Source: Podarcis bocagei (lineage: Eukaryota). From it: DNA of 64,000 nt. The notes beneath the pieces were generated by a model. That model did not search any database, was not told the DNA's origin, and was given only the letters and a program-made list of their open reading frames with translations. The stretch lies in NCBI GenBank assembly GCA_964188305.1, contig OZ076903.1, one strand, 5' to 3'. A program made the position numbers and the translations under genes. Shown here piece by piece: positions 1 through 12,753 of the stretch (the stretch's first letter is position 1; every line of letters starts with the position of its first letter).

Positions 1-1640
1 TTATTTTCACTAATATATGCATCATATTGTGCAGACTTAACCCTGGTATATGTGTACATTTTGTACACATAACTGTGCACTTCGAAGAATGACTGTTTCA
101 ATTCATGCATTGTTTCCCAAAGTGCAAATAATTCAGTAGGTTCACCTTTAAATGCAAACTGAATTGAATTTATTCCCCATCTACAGCAACCATAGTGATA
201 TCCCTTGTGATATCAAATCCCAGTCACAGTATTTCAAACCTTAAAATGCCATCAAAACTGTGTGGCAGGTTGGTGTTCTCACAGTAAAGGAAGAGATCAC
301 ACCACCTGGTTGAGTTGGGACTAACAAGGGCTGGGATCCTATTAGAAAAAGCTGCTCTTGCAGAATGATGGAGCTGAACAGCTTCCTGGAGAAGCTTCTT
401 GCTACCTCAGCAGGTAATTCTGTTGAAGCCCCTCACTGACCTGCAGGACAAGGAAATTCCTGGGATAGGGAAATAACCCAAGCAGTTAACACTATTGATG
501 CTGAGAGTCCTTATCTTACTTTTGGAAGCCAAGAGGTTCTTTGGTTGTCGTCCTTGATAATGTGGCAAGAATGAGTGACAATGAAGAAAGTCTTTGGGTA
601 AATCCTAGTATTTATTCCATAAAAATTATACACCACTTTATTGTAAGAAAAATCCTTGATTGTTAAAATAAAAAAGCTCAAAGTTGCTTACAAAAGATGA
701 AACAGTAAAATCAGAGGAAAAAATACAGGAAATCAAAATCAGGAAGAGCCATACTGAGGTGGTGAGGATGGTGGCAGATATGAGCCATGCCATATTTAGG
801 TTGCTGGTCATTACTGCAGCTTATGATGGCGAATTCCATAAATTGTCTATGCACTATCTCAGTAGCTTTCTTTTGCACCTTCAGCTTTGTTCAAAGGCCC
901 CGGGTTCCAGGATCATACCATTCAAGTGTCCTGATTTTCCAGAGACAGTCACAATCTCTGATTTGATCCTGGAATGTCCCTCTTTTCCTTTCTCCTCCGC
1001 ATCTCAGAACAATTAAAAGTGGTGGGTGAGTGGGTGTGTAGGCACAAAAATGGAGTCCTGTTTATCCTGAAAATAAAATCCCTGCACCAAATGAAGGAAA
1101 TGGTGAAGCTGGCATATGAAGCGCTCCCTACAATTTTGAAGGAAAAGGTCACCAATCCACTTTAAATTCTTTAATTGCAATGCTTCAGCAGTCAGCCATT
1201 TTTAAGGAAATACAGGGTTGATGATTACTTTATTGTAAATGGAACATTACACTGTCTACTCAGAAGGAAGTCCCATGGTATTCAATGGAGCTTACTCCCA
1301 GGTAACTGGATAAAGATCTGTCAGCCTTACACTGCATTCCTAAGGATTATTACTCAGAAATAAGTCCTACTACGTTCAATAAGATTTACTCTCTGGCATG
1401 TCCTGAGTATTCTCACAGTTTCTATTACTACTATTACATACCTTTTTCCCCCTGACAGGTACTCAAGGCAGCTTACAGCTAAAATTTTATTTCATTCCGT
1501 TTATCTGCGGAATATGTTATACACAATCCCTTCCCTCACACATTTTTTCTCTATGACAATTCTGTGAGGTAGGTTCGGTGGAGAGGTTGTAATTGGCTCA
1601 AGGAACTTGCCCCATGCTTTACTAAAAACTCAACAAGTGA

Positions 1641-1963
1641 AAAGGTGAAGAGCCCCTGGCCAGTTAAGTCCAGTCAAAGGCGACTATGGGGTTGCGGCTC
1701 TCATCTCACTTTTTAGGCCGAGGGAGCCAGCATTCGTCACAGGCAATTTCTGGGTCATGTGGCTAGCATGACTAAACCGCTTCTAGCAACAGGGAGGACT
1801 GTGACAGAAGCCAGAACACACGGAAATTCCATTTACCTTCCCTCCGCAGCGGTACCTATTTATCTAACTGCACTGGCGTGCTTTCAAATTGCTAAGTTGG
1901 CAGGAGCTGGGACAAAGCAAAGGGAGCTCACTCTGTTGTGCAGATTTGAACAGCCAGCCTTCC
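1641..1963 (-). mobile_element. Sauria SINE (Squam1/POMSINE-like), 5' truncated
   Basis: Reverse complement matches the 51350-51685 copy (GGAGCTGG..GGGAGCTCAC, GGTACCTATTTATCTA, GGGTCATGTGGC); degraded ACCTTT tail at the left end. Confidence 0.85.
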
Positions 1964-2812
1964 ACATCTGGAGGGACACAGATTAGTCACCTTTGTCCTA
2001 AAGCATCCTAGAACACAACGTGGCTGAGGGAATCTGCTTTGCTAGATGGCATCATTTTCAAACTTGTAACTTGAAAACTTTCATCTTTTAAGCTAAATAC
2101 GACTTTTCCTGTTATGTCACCTTGCAGATATTAAGCACATTCACACATACAATGATAAATATAAAATTTATAAATCCAGATAAATGCATCAGCAGACTCA
2201 GAAGTCATCTCGAAAGCAGCTCATGATTCACACAGTGAGAAAATGGCACATTGCTGCAACATCTCCTTTGCAACTGTTCGTTAACTTGCCACATAAATCA
2301 GAGTGTGTGTTCACAGGAAAGAAAAAGCATGCTAATTTCAGGTCTGCTTTGGCTACAATCAAACTGCCTAGCTTTGCTCCTTTGCACAGCCTTACTCCTC
2401 TTCTTGAAAACAAATTTAAAAATCATGGCAGGGAGAGGCAAAATCTTGACGGACAGGAAGACAGGCTATATGTTTCAGGGGACCACATTCAGACTGTGAT
2501 GCCAGGAGGGGAATCTTGGTGTTTTTAAGTAATATACTGCGATCTCCATGTGTTGTTTCATTTCATATGGCAGACCACAATACAGTTACAATTGCAAATG
2601 CTGACTGCTGCTTATAAATATGTGACTTTGAAACTTTCCATAAATGTGTAAAAGGTGGAGTGTTTTTAAAAGTAAATATGTTGAAGGCAACATTTTTATA
2701 TATATAAAATTTGTGCTAAGAATAAGCACAGGAACAGAACTGAGATAGCCTTTAGTTTCTCTGCTGGGCTTGTTTTTGCCCTTACAACAAACAGTAACAT
2801 TAGAAGTTACAG

Positions 2813-3085
2813 TTGGGTTGCCATATTTTTAAGAGCAAAAAAGAGGACACTATAATGACCCTCATTTTAAATACCCCTAGTATACGTAGACTACAGAAGC
2901 TGTGATATATTGCTGAGGGCAGCAGAAGAAGAGAAGAGCAAAGCAAGTCTTCAACCACCAGTTATGTCTCATTTACAACGTATAGCTAGAAACATTTTGG
3001 CAAATTTAAAAAATCCACCAGGACAGAAATTTTATCCCTGAAAAAGAGGACGTGTCCTGGAAAAAGAAGACACTTGGCAACCCTA
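2813..3085. mobile_element. hAT (Blackjack-like) MITE
   Basis: TIRs GGGTTGCCA...TGGCAACCCTA; subterminal AAAAAGAGGAC repeats; TSD degenerate. Confidence 0.6.
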
Positions 3086-4388
3086 AGTTTCTCCCTTTTG
3101 TAACATTATACCATTCTAGAGGGTGCCAAGGGCTGCAGGAAGGAAAACTGTCAAAAAGTACCTCCCCTTTTCTTTTGTTAGTTAACGTGTCTACTGCATT
3201 AAAAGCCATTCCATGAATGCAAAGGTGACAGTTTGATTCCACCCAAGATTCTTCCACGTTAAGTGATGTTCAGTTTAAGATTGACTAGCTACTGATGATG
3301 CTACTTTGTCATTTGAGGTGAAACAAAAGACTCAAGACTTTAGCGTAACCAAAAGAACATCAGCAGGCAAAAGAGCACAAGCTTTCAAGCCAAACAATAT
3401 GTGAAATAAATAAAAAAAACCCATCTCCTATAGGACATCAAAGCTGACACTAACTTTCAGAAACACAGTTTGGTTCAAAAGAAAGGTAGCAGTTTAACAT
3501 TTTTGATACTGCAACCAACAATGCTAGTACTAGACTGGAGGGTGAAAGAGAAATGTAACGATAGAATGAAATGCTGACCAAAGTGCTCAGTTATCCCCAA
3601 GGACACATAAAACAGGTAAATCGTTAATATTGGAACAAACAATATTGCTCAGCTAAATTATGACTGCAATAGGCTGTAGCAGCCTTCTCAGCTGTTCTAA
3701 CGCCTTCACTACATCCACAGTGTGACTTGCACTGGTATACTTCATGTACTATCTGCTAATCTCATTGTCATTGTTTGCCACTCCATTGTGCCCACGGCAA
3801 CATGAATCTAGATTTATTCTAACAATGTAAGATGATGATGACTTGCAACTTGCCCCATGCTTTACTAAACTATGGGACCTACTGCCTGCTTTGATATTGC
3901 ATGAGAATATTTTCTTCTTCTTTAAGCTTTTTCATTGTCCAACCATTCTCCATAGCTACAAACAAGGCTCTTGGATACCTTTTGCAGCAATGGGGATTTC
4001 CTTCCCATAGAAAATGCATGTGACACTCTTTCTGGCATTGTACCTGGTGGTAGCTTTCAAAGTTATGTATTCGATTACTAATCATAGAAAGTGTGATGGA
4101 ACAGCAAGGGAACGGGAAAGGTGACTCGGTATTTAGCATAGACCAATCTTAATTATTAACTGCGGACAACTTTGAATCAAGGAACTTTGGTACATAGCCC
4201 TAGCTAGGCTGGAAACAGATTTTTTCCCCCCAGAGACCTGAAGACAGTATGAGACAGGCATTGTTGCTCACAATGTGTACATTCATCACAATGTTATCTT
4301 GGAGAAACAGGCTTTACGGACATTTGTAGTGCTTCAAAAATCTGTAAACCTGTTCCACCAAATGGGACAGTGAGATTAGAAAGAAAGA

Positions 4389-4390
<2 letters not shown>

Positions 4391-4476
<86 letters not shown>
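4391..4476. repeat. Compound microsatellite (CT)23(GT)5(GA)15
   Basis: Read directly from the sequence. Confidence 0.95.
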
Positions 4477-4478
<2 letters not shown>

Positions 4479-5504
4479 ACAATAAAGTATCCATCATGGC
4501 ATCTACAACTTTAAAAAATGCTCTTGCCTGTTTTCATCCCAAGCATGCTCCTGTCAATTGATGTATAAAATCAGAAGAATTTCCTTTACTCAAGAAAGCA
4601 GATATACCTATGATACAAAATGAATATGATTGCACATAATACTTCCTGTGTACTAAATAATGTAGTGCAGGTGTCCAGAATCATTTTGATTTTGAGTCAT
4701 CTGTACTACAACCAGAGACTGGAAACTGACATACCATTACCTAAATTTAAAGGTTTAGGAAGGCATTATTAGCAAAGCAGCAAGCCAATTAAAGTTATTC
4801 CATTCCCTAATTGGCGAACATTGTTTGGGGTCTAACAAAACCACAACAATAGATTCAGTATGATTGTATGTTGGATACAAATATCACCACAGGAGGTAAA
4901 GTAGGTATCTCATTTAAGAGAGCAGGGAAGAAAAAGGGTAATTGTGACGAAGGAGAAAGGAAATATTGAGTAAAATTAGACATAATGGTGACAGGGAAGG
5001 GTTAAAAATTTCTTAAACCATATAGTTTTATATATAGTTGCCAGATATAAATTTGCAAAAATTGATAGATGCACTAATTATCTTGGCTGTACTTGAGGTA
5101 TATACCGTGTGGACATTAAATTAATAAGTCTTATGAACATTTGTGCAGCAGCTCTTTTTAAAAAAAAGTAATAAGCAATATGCAAAATAATAATATGCAA
5201 AATCCAGATATATCAATTCATGCTTGCAGGGCTTCACAAGGTAGGCATCCAAGAACATTGTACTTTGCATTTTCATAGAATCTAAAATGTGTCTTAGAAA
5301 AAGAACCAGAAAGGTGGGGGGGGGGGGGAGTCTACAAGCTGCAATCTGAAAGCTCACACTTGCTGACAGCAACGCAGATTAGTTAAAAGTCGTTCAGAAT
5401 TACATTAGCATATGACACCAGCCTAACCTATTTGTAACGAAGATTGCATTACTGCCTTTTCACTACTGCAGTTGTCCAGCATGACATTCTTTCAGAATAC
5501 TTTC

Positions 5505-5680
5505 CAGGGGGCAGCCATATTAGTCTGTTGCAGCAGAAACAAGAAAAGGTCTTAAGGCACCTTACATTAAAGACACTCAAATTCTTTATGGCAGAGGTTT
5601 TCATGGACTGCCTCTAGTCCATGAGAAATCATGCCGTAATAAATGTGCTGGCCTTTAAGGTGCTGCAATATTTTGTTATT
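5505..5680. mobile_element. Old Penelope-like fold-back element
   Basis: GCAGCCATATTAGTCTG start; degenerate inverted arms GCACCTTA/TAAGGTGC and TCATGGACT/AGTCCATGA; same layout as 45563-45763. Confidence 0.6.
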
Positions 5681-5765
5681 CAGAAAATTGTAAATATGTT
5701 TTGATTGATAAATATTACCAAATGAAGATTATAAAATGCATATGGCACACTGTCATCTTCTAGCA

Positions 5766-6027
5766 CAGGGGTAGGCAACCTAAGGCCCATGGGCCACAAG
5801 CGGCCCACGGGGTTTGTTTAACCGGCCCATGAACTGCCCCCAAACTGAGCTGCCCTCTAGGAGAGTCCCTACACACTTTGCTAAACCAGCACGGTGCAGG
5901 AACTCAGTTACGCGGCACTGGAAATTGTGTCCACATCTGCGCAGATGCCGGAAATTGCGTCTAGGCAGATGCAGGAAATCGCAGTTGTGTGAACCGGCCA
6001 AGGCGAGGTAAACCTTGCTGACCCCTG
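5766..6027. mobile_element. hAT MITE
   Basis: TIRs CAGGGGTAGGCAA...TTGCTGACCCCTG; near 8-bp TSD TTCTAGCA/CTCCAGCA. Confidence 0.8.
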
Positions 6028-6578
6028 CTCCAGCACCATCTAAAGCCCATCGACTGCACAATGGAAGTTGTGTGAAGAAGGCTAATGTTTTCTCCCCCGC
6101 CCTCCCTGTTTCACAATTTTTAATGAGTTTACCTTTGTTCTAATCACTCAGCTTAGTGTGTGTGATAGCCACTATTACTTCATTCTTGGATACTTTAGAA
6201 GCACTATCATGTTGCGTATCTGTGAAAATTACAACACCACACACACTTTTTGCCTTTTTAAAACAACCTCACGGTGTTGTAGCTTTACACATTTCTTTAA
6301 TGAAGCACTAAAACCGGTCATTCTGGAGTTTTTGATAGCGGTGCATCAAACCACTGACACAGGGCCCATAGATCAGGACATTTATAGCATAAACATGTGA
6401 ACATAGATAGCATAAATATGTGAACACCGACAGGCCAATTGGAAGAGGATGAATTTGTGCCACTACTGCGCATTTTTGTGTACATTTAAAAAGTCCCTTA
6501 TTAATAGTTCCCTGATCTTGGGCAGGAGAAATTATATTAAGGACATCTTTGTACACTGACAAAAGACATTTGAAAATA

Positions 6579-6818
6579 CAGTGGTACCTTGGTTCTTGAA
6601 CTTAGGTAATCTGTTCCGGGAGTCCGTTCGACTCCCGTTCGAAAACCAAGGCACAACTTCCAATTGGCTGCAGGAGCTTCCTGCAATCAAGTGGAAGCTG
6701 TGTTGGCCGTTCAGCTTCCAAAAAACATTCACAAACCAGAACACTTACTTCTAGGTTTGCGGCATTCGGAAGCCAATTTGTTCAACAACTAAGCCATTCA
6801 AGAAACAGGGTACCACTG
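6579..6818. mobile_element. Tc1/mariner (Tigger-like) MITE
   Basis: TA|CAGTGGTACC...GGTACCACTG|TA; same subfamily as 38626-38865 in opposite orientation. Confidence 0.9.
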
Positions 6819-8050
6819 TATTCTTACTTCTCTACCATTTTAAGACAAATGAACCATATATTTAGCACTATATGCAGAACTTTTAACTGCTAAGCAGGCA
6901 ACTGATAAATACATTTATTTTCAGCAAAGCCAACTCACTATTACTGGTTTATTGCATAGGATCATCTAAACTTTGCCTAGCTTTCTCCTTTCCCTTTTGA
7001 AATTGGCGATCATATTGTCTTATAGATTTCCCAGTGTGGCAGAAGCCCTGTGGATTTGTACTACAAAAGCCTGTGCTAAACACACCACAGTAAACCACAA
7101 AAACTAAAACCCACACAGTGCAAACACATATTTAACTTAGCTATTTAAGTACTATTCAATATACACATAATTCAGTAAGTGTAAATGTTTTAAATATACA
7201 AATTGTTCAGAGGGAAATGCTTTTTCCCATTAGTTGTGGGACTAATGTTTTGAAATTTGTTTTTACTTTGGATAACATATGTGTGTGTATACACACACAC
7301 ATACACACACATATATATATTTAAGATGATGTCATGCTTTTTAAAAAGGAAATAGCACTGAAAAGATTTTCTGCCTGAGTAGGTGGAAGAGTGATTAGGG
7401 CAGCAGGTTTTCTTGAAAGTAAATGAAGCATCAAATGCAGTGGCTCCATGCCAGGCTCACAAAATATAACTAATAACTTCCCTTAGATGCACTAGTCATA
7501 TTTTATTTAGTGATGCCTTACTTGAGTTCTGGAAAATTCAGTTTTCCAAGCAAATATAGGGCTGTGCATACCAATGAAATGAGACTTTGTGATATGCTAA
7601 CAAATAGTACATTGGATACAAGCGGGATGGAAGAATCTCTCTCGTTTTAGTCCATGCTTTTATTTGCATGCATTTGCTTATAAATCTGTTCCATCCCATT
7701 TCTGTGTATATCCATTTATTATTATTATTTTTTGAGGGGGGATGTTAAAGTGCATGTTAAATAAATATTTTAATCAGTGCTATTTTTCTCAACCAGGAAT
7801 ACTTCCCTTGTTTTCTTATAATGGCAATGGCACGTGCTGAAATTGAGTCCTGGAGAGTTCCAGCTAGGGGAAAAAACATTAATTTCTCTCAAAATGCACA
7901 TGGCTAACTCTGCAGTTCTGTGCATTTTACTCAGAACTGAGTAACAATGAGTTCAATGGCATTTCTTCCCAGCTTAATAAATGCAGAAGTACAAACCAAG
8001 ATGGCAATCTTACACCCATTTTCCTGGGATTAAGCCTTACTTAACTTATA

Positions 8051-8121
8051 CAAGGTGAGTCCTTTAAAAGAGGCCCCATTGATACATGTTCCACGGGGCC
8101 TCTTTTAAAAGACTCACCCTG
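8051..8121. mobile_element. 71-bp mariner-type mini-MITE
   Basis: 27-bp TIRs CAAGGTGAGTCCTTTAAAAGAGGCCCC (2 mismatches), 17-bp spacer, TA on both sides. Confidence 0.85.
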
Positions 8122-8127
8122 TACAAA

Positions 8128-9066
8128 CTCTGACTTTTTTCTAAGAAAAAAGGGGGCCGGTATTCACCATGAAGTACCCTTCTTGGCTGACTGGCTGCAG
8201 CTGCTGCTGCATGGGCCGTGCTGTGGACTGGGCTGAGGGCAGGATGAATGCCCATCGAGTGCCCCGAGCGTGGCTCACAGCTGTCAGGCAGCGTGGCCTT
8301 CTGCCTCTGCGCCAACCACAGAGGCAAGGAAGCCAGAGTCCTGATTCACCGGCTGACCACCTTCCACCAGTCTCGGAGCTGGTTAAGTAGCGATGGAAGG
8401 TTCAGCGGCAGTCTGGCAGCTTCCTGCAGCTGTGCCACCACAGGACGAGGGCGAGGAGGAAGTGCCTCTACCAGGACTGGCAGGGCTGAAGCACCCGCCA
8501 CCATGGGTGTGGAAGAAAAAGTGCACACTCCTAACACGCTCACTTTAGAAGCCAAGATGGGGAGGGGAAGGGCGCATACCTGTGAGTACCTCCAGAAAAA
8601 TAAGTGTCACGGTCTGGTTCATGGGCGATCAAAGTCCCGGCTGGGGACATTGGGACCCGGGGCAAGATGGCAGGGTGGGAGCGGGAACGGGAGTCCAAAA
8701 GCCAGGAGTCAGGAAGCCAAGGGTCCGAGGGCCAGGAAGCAAGGAGTCACGAAATCAAGGGTCCGAGGATCAAGAAGCAAGGAGTAACAAAGTCAGGGGT
8801 CCGAGGATCGAGGATCAAGAAGCCAGGGGTCAAGGAGCCAAATGCAGCAAGGCAGAGAACGTGTTGCTGTGGCAAAGAGCCTAAGGGAAATGCTGACCTT
8901 ATATCCCTCCCTGGCTCTTGCCACCAGGTGCTGTGAGTTACCAATCAGCCACACCTGTGTGGCCGCACCTTGCCTCTTCAGAACAAACTTAGGAAGGCCC
9001 CAGTCCTGCAAAGTCCTACTGGTCACAGGGCCTGGCTCCTGCATGCACTCCTGACAATAAGCAATG
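8128..9066. mobile_element. Degenerate hAT-like MITE with a solo LTR inserted in its right end
   Basis: T-rich left end, GC-rich body, right end GAGTACCTCCAGAAAAATAAG|LTR|ATAAGCAATG. Confidence 0.4.
8605..9056 (-). mobile_element. Solo LTR (Gypsy-like)
   Basis: TGTCA...TGACA termini; perfect 5-bp TSD ATAAG (8600-8604/9057-9061); TATAAGG on the minus strand near 8900; internal ~40-bp degenerate repeats (GGGTCCGAGGATCAAGAAGC). Confidence 0.85.
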
Positions 9067-10288
9067 GTAAGACTTACTGCTAAGTAGATATAGGATTGTG
9101 CTGGAAGTGTATTTTTTAATCAGAATACATGGTGTCTATTTATTTTTGGGTGGACTACAGCCAGGACCAGACAGACAAAAAGAACCACACACACCTTTTC
9201 CCCCACGCACCTACTACAGATGTAGATGCATTTAACGCATGTGTGCACACACACATCTGACACTAACACAGCCCTGGCTCTCTTCCCCTCCAACCTCTCT
9301 TAGAGGAGGCACACGAAGAAGGGCCTCAAGTGATGATTGCAGTGTCCAGGTCAGTTCATAAGGGGAGAGGTGGTCCTTGAGGTATAATTACATTATTTCA
9401 GTCCTTAAGTCACACGTGTTGTGAGTTATATGCAATCAACACCCCTTTAAAACGCAGCAAGTTTTCACAAAGGCATTACTCTGGCAGGATGAATTTCATA
9501 TATACCACACTGAGTTTGTCTTGCATGCTGGAAGAAGTTAGCTTGGGAGATTTACAGCCAAAGACTGGGCCTAGCAGTTCACCATAAACTCAATTTATCT
9601 TCTGATATTACTTTAGCAGATAGTTCTACAAGGTAGGGGGAAAATATGCAGTAGGATTCATTAATTCTTTGGCATATGTGGCTGGGTACAAAGGATATAT
9701 AGCTTTGACATGCACATTTCATTGTGAACTGACTTTATTTCAGGATTGACATGAACATATATCTCTATATATGCTATTGTCATTCGTGGTGTGTGGATCC
9801 CTCTCTTTCCTTTTACCTTTTAGACTTGTATACCTAAACAGCAACTATTATTTCCTTGTCCCATAAAAGCTGCTTTGGAACACAACTGAATCACATCCTT
9901 ATGAGTAATAGTGTTGAAGTGGTATTTTCCAGCATCCATTCTGTGTGGTGCAGTGGCTAAAAAACTAGGCTGTAAACCAGGAAGACCCCAGGCCAATTTT
10001 GATTCTGTCATTAATTCACCAGGCTTCTTCAGGCTATACAAAAAAAAGACTAAACCTCATTTAACAAAATAGAAATTCAGTTCTGTCTACACATGCACAT
10101 GGATGGGCTGGCTAACCTCTTCTTGGATATTCAAAAGAAGCACAAATGCATGTACTTGACTTTCAGGCTGAATAGAATTCTAGTACATGCAAGTGCATGT
10201 GCAACACGAGGAATCCTAACTGTGTACAAGCGCCCTCAGCACATGCACTTGTAGAGGCAGAAGCCCAATTCAGATTCTTAGATGAATA

Positions 10289-10477
10289 CAGTGGTACTTC
10301 TGGTTACATAAGGGATCCGTTCCGGAGCTCCGGTCGGATCCCAAGGCTTCTGCAACCAGAGAGACCGCTTCTGCGCACACGTGCGCAGCAAAAGTCCGGA
10401 AATATACTTCCGGATTTTCCGCTTACGTATCCCGAAGTTTACGTAACCGGAAGGATACGTTTGCAGAGGTACGACTG
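10289..10477. mobile_element. Tc1/mariner (Tigger-like) MITE
   Basis: TA|CAGTGGTACTTCTG...CAGAGGTACGACTG|TA. Confidence 0.85.
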
Positions 10478-11062
10478 TATGTGTAGGTCAGTGGTGGATC
10501 CTACCACCATAGTTTGTGCACGCCCATTTGAAATGTGCTTTACTGTCAGTCTGAACCAGGGTGGATTTGATTTAAATCACTAGTCAGTAAGACTTGATTT
10601 AAATCTCTCTTTTTAACAGAAAGACTCATTCTTGCTGGTATAATCTTAATATTTACAACCAGATGAAGGTTTCATTTTTGGAATAATAAATTTTCAGAGT
10701 AGTTTTTACAGTTATATAAAAAATCACTGATTTGGCTATACGAATTGAAATACATTATTGTGATGTTTAATAAGTTAACTGTTTATATTTGTACTTTATT
10801 GGAAGGAGAAAAACAATCATTTCCTTCATAACAATTTAAACAATTTATTTAACTAAAACAATAACATTATAGCATATGTATCCATGTTTCTTAACTGATG
10901 TGGTTAAACGATTTAAACAAACAAACACTGTAGACTGAGTTTTAGCACACATGAATTTTTTTAAACAAATCCTTATTTCCTGATGGACTACTGTATAATG
11001 TAACTTAAATCTTTAGAAAGATCCCCCCCCAAGCATTTTATTTTAAAAATCCATTTTTTTAA

Positions 11063-11420
11063 GGACTTCCGGGTTGGCGCCATCGCCGAATGGCGGACTA
11101 CCGCGCCGGCGACGCGGGGACCCTTAAAAACCACGGGCACGGAGCCCGTGGACATGGGGACTCGGCTGGTACCGTTAGCGCCCTCCCGACTCATGAAGGA
11201 GCCTTTTTAAAGGCTACGGATTGGGTGCCGGGGAGCGGCGTGGTGCTGTGAGTCTATCGCTTCCCCTGCCGAGTGCAGCCGCATGCCATTCGTCGGAGAG
11301 CGCTGGCTTCTTCCATTGAAAATTCGGCTATTTAACAACAACCCGTGAGTAATTGGGTAACCGGGTATAAAAGGAGAAAAAAAGGAATTTTTTCGGATTC
11401 GGCACGAGCGGGGGGGATCT
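11063..11420 (+). promoter_or_regulatory. CpG-rich internal Pol II promoter of the L1-like element
   Basis: ETS-type ACTTCCGG at the 5' edge; YY1-like CGCCAT (11078) and AATGGCGG (11089); high CpG density against a CpG-poor background. Confidence 0.6.
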
Positions 11421-12753
11421 AAAAAGGAAGTCAGTCCCCTCCCTGATTGTAAACATGCTAAAACAAGGACTGAGAAACCAAGATCGATTCAGAAGCTTAT
11501 TGCTGACAAAAAATATCAATTCCACGATGGGATATTACAAGAATTGTGCTGGAGGAGAAAAGTCGAGGGTGAGAGGGAAAAGGCAACCCCCCTCTGGGAA
11601 CCGGGGCGATTCGGAGAATCTGGCGGAGAGAGATGGAGAATTTGACAGCTGTCAAAGTAGCTGTCAAATCTTGAGAACATAAAGAGGACTTTGTTATAAG
11701 TATTTTGCTGGTAAATTTTGCTACAATTGGACATAAATATGGATACAAAATGTCGGGGGGGGGGAGAAACAACAACTTGACTTTTGGATTAGAGGATACA
11801 AAGTTACTGCAACCCCCCTAGAGGGGCTTTGGGACATTACAAGTGGCGTATGTGGAAAACTACTCTGGGATGGGTACAGGACTTATCTCCTGGGAAAGCA
11901 GCTAAACTGAAATATTGTTTTGTCTACAGAGGTGACAACACAATAGAATTTTTCTATTGAAGCAAGGTAGGAACTGGACGTAAGTTTTTGTTCCTGAATA
12001 ACAAACCTCTGTAGAGATACTAGATTTCGGAATAAGAATGGTTTTGCAGCTGAACAAGATAGAAACCTGAGAAAGTAAGAAATAAAAGAGCAAAGGACCA
12101 ACTACGCCACGGAAAGAACAATGGGAGGAGCAACTATGACCAAAGGAAATTAAAGGCCTCTATTAGACTGGATTTTTGAAGTTAAACAGCATCAAAACAA
12201 GCAAATTTAAAGAAAACCGGCAAGATGGATTGAGGAAAATTTGGCTGTGGACTTGAGACCTCCAGGCCGACAACATACAGACTGATGGACATGGGGAATC
12301 TAAACCGGGGAAGGGAGGGGGAATTCTAGAATCCAAAGGCTATGTAACCAACTTTTTGAATCTTCTTCTATCTTTTATCTTTTATCTTTCTATATAACTT
12401 TGGTATTTTGATTTAATATGTTTTGGAAAAAAAGGGGGAATTCGTGGAAGGAAACGGGGTAGATCTTGGGGGGAAAAACTTTTTTTTTCTATTTTGTTAA
12501 AGATGAGGAGTGATGTTAAGATTGTAATTTAAATTGGCTAATAGGCACTACATATTAGGTTTAAATTGGGAATGAGAACTTGTGGAACCAACTTAGGGAA
12601 AGGGGAATACAGTCGGGAGGGGAAGGAGGGAGTCCCAGAAAGAAGGTTATGAAAATAAGGGTTTAAAATTGGTCTTTGTGTTTCTTTCTTTTCTTTATCT
12701 TTTCTATTTTTTCTATTCTGTCATTATTGGAAATTTTAATAAATATGATTAAA
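11063..12753 (+). mobile_element. L1-derived non-autonomous retroelement (5'UTR, decayed ORF1-like region, 3' end)
   Basis: 18-bp TSD AAAAATCCATTTTTTTAA (11045-11062/12754-12771); CpG-rich 5' end starting GGACTTCCGG; AATAAA 12738-12743 then short A tail; no long ORF. Confidence 0.8.

Noticed and set aside
364-413. Possible short exon (cag|AATGATGGAG...CAGCAG|gtaatt; MMELNSFLEKLLATSA)
   Set aside because: Splice-like flanks, but I recognise no protein and see no partner exons; similar chance candidates occur at about 37146-37193 (-) and 49835-49868 (-)
8248-9054. Cluster of long overlapping ORFs (up to 179 aa)
   Set aside because: They span a GC-rich MITE and a repetitive solo LTR, cross insertion boundaries and show no recognisable domain
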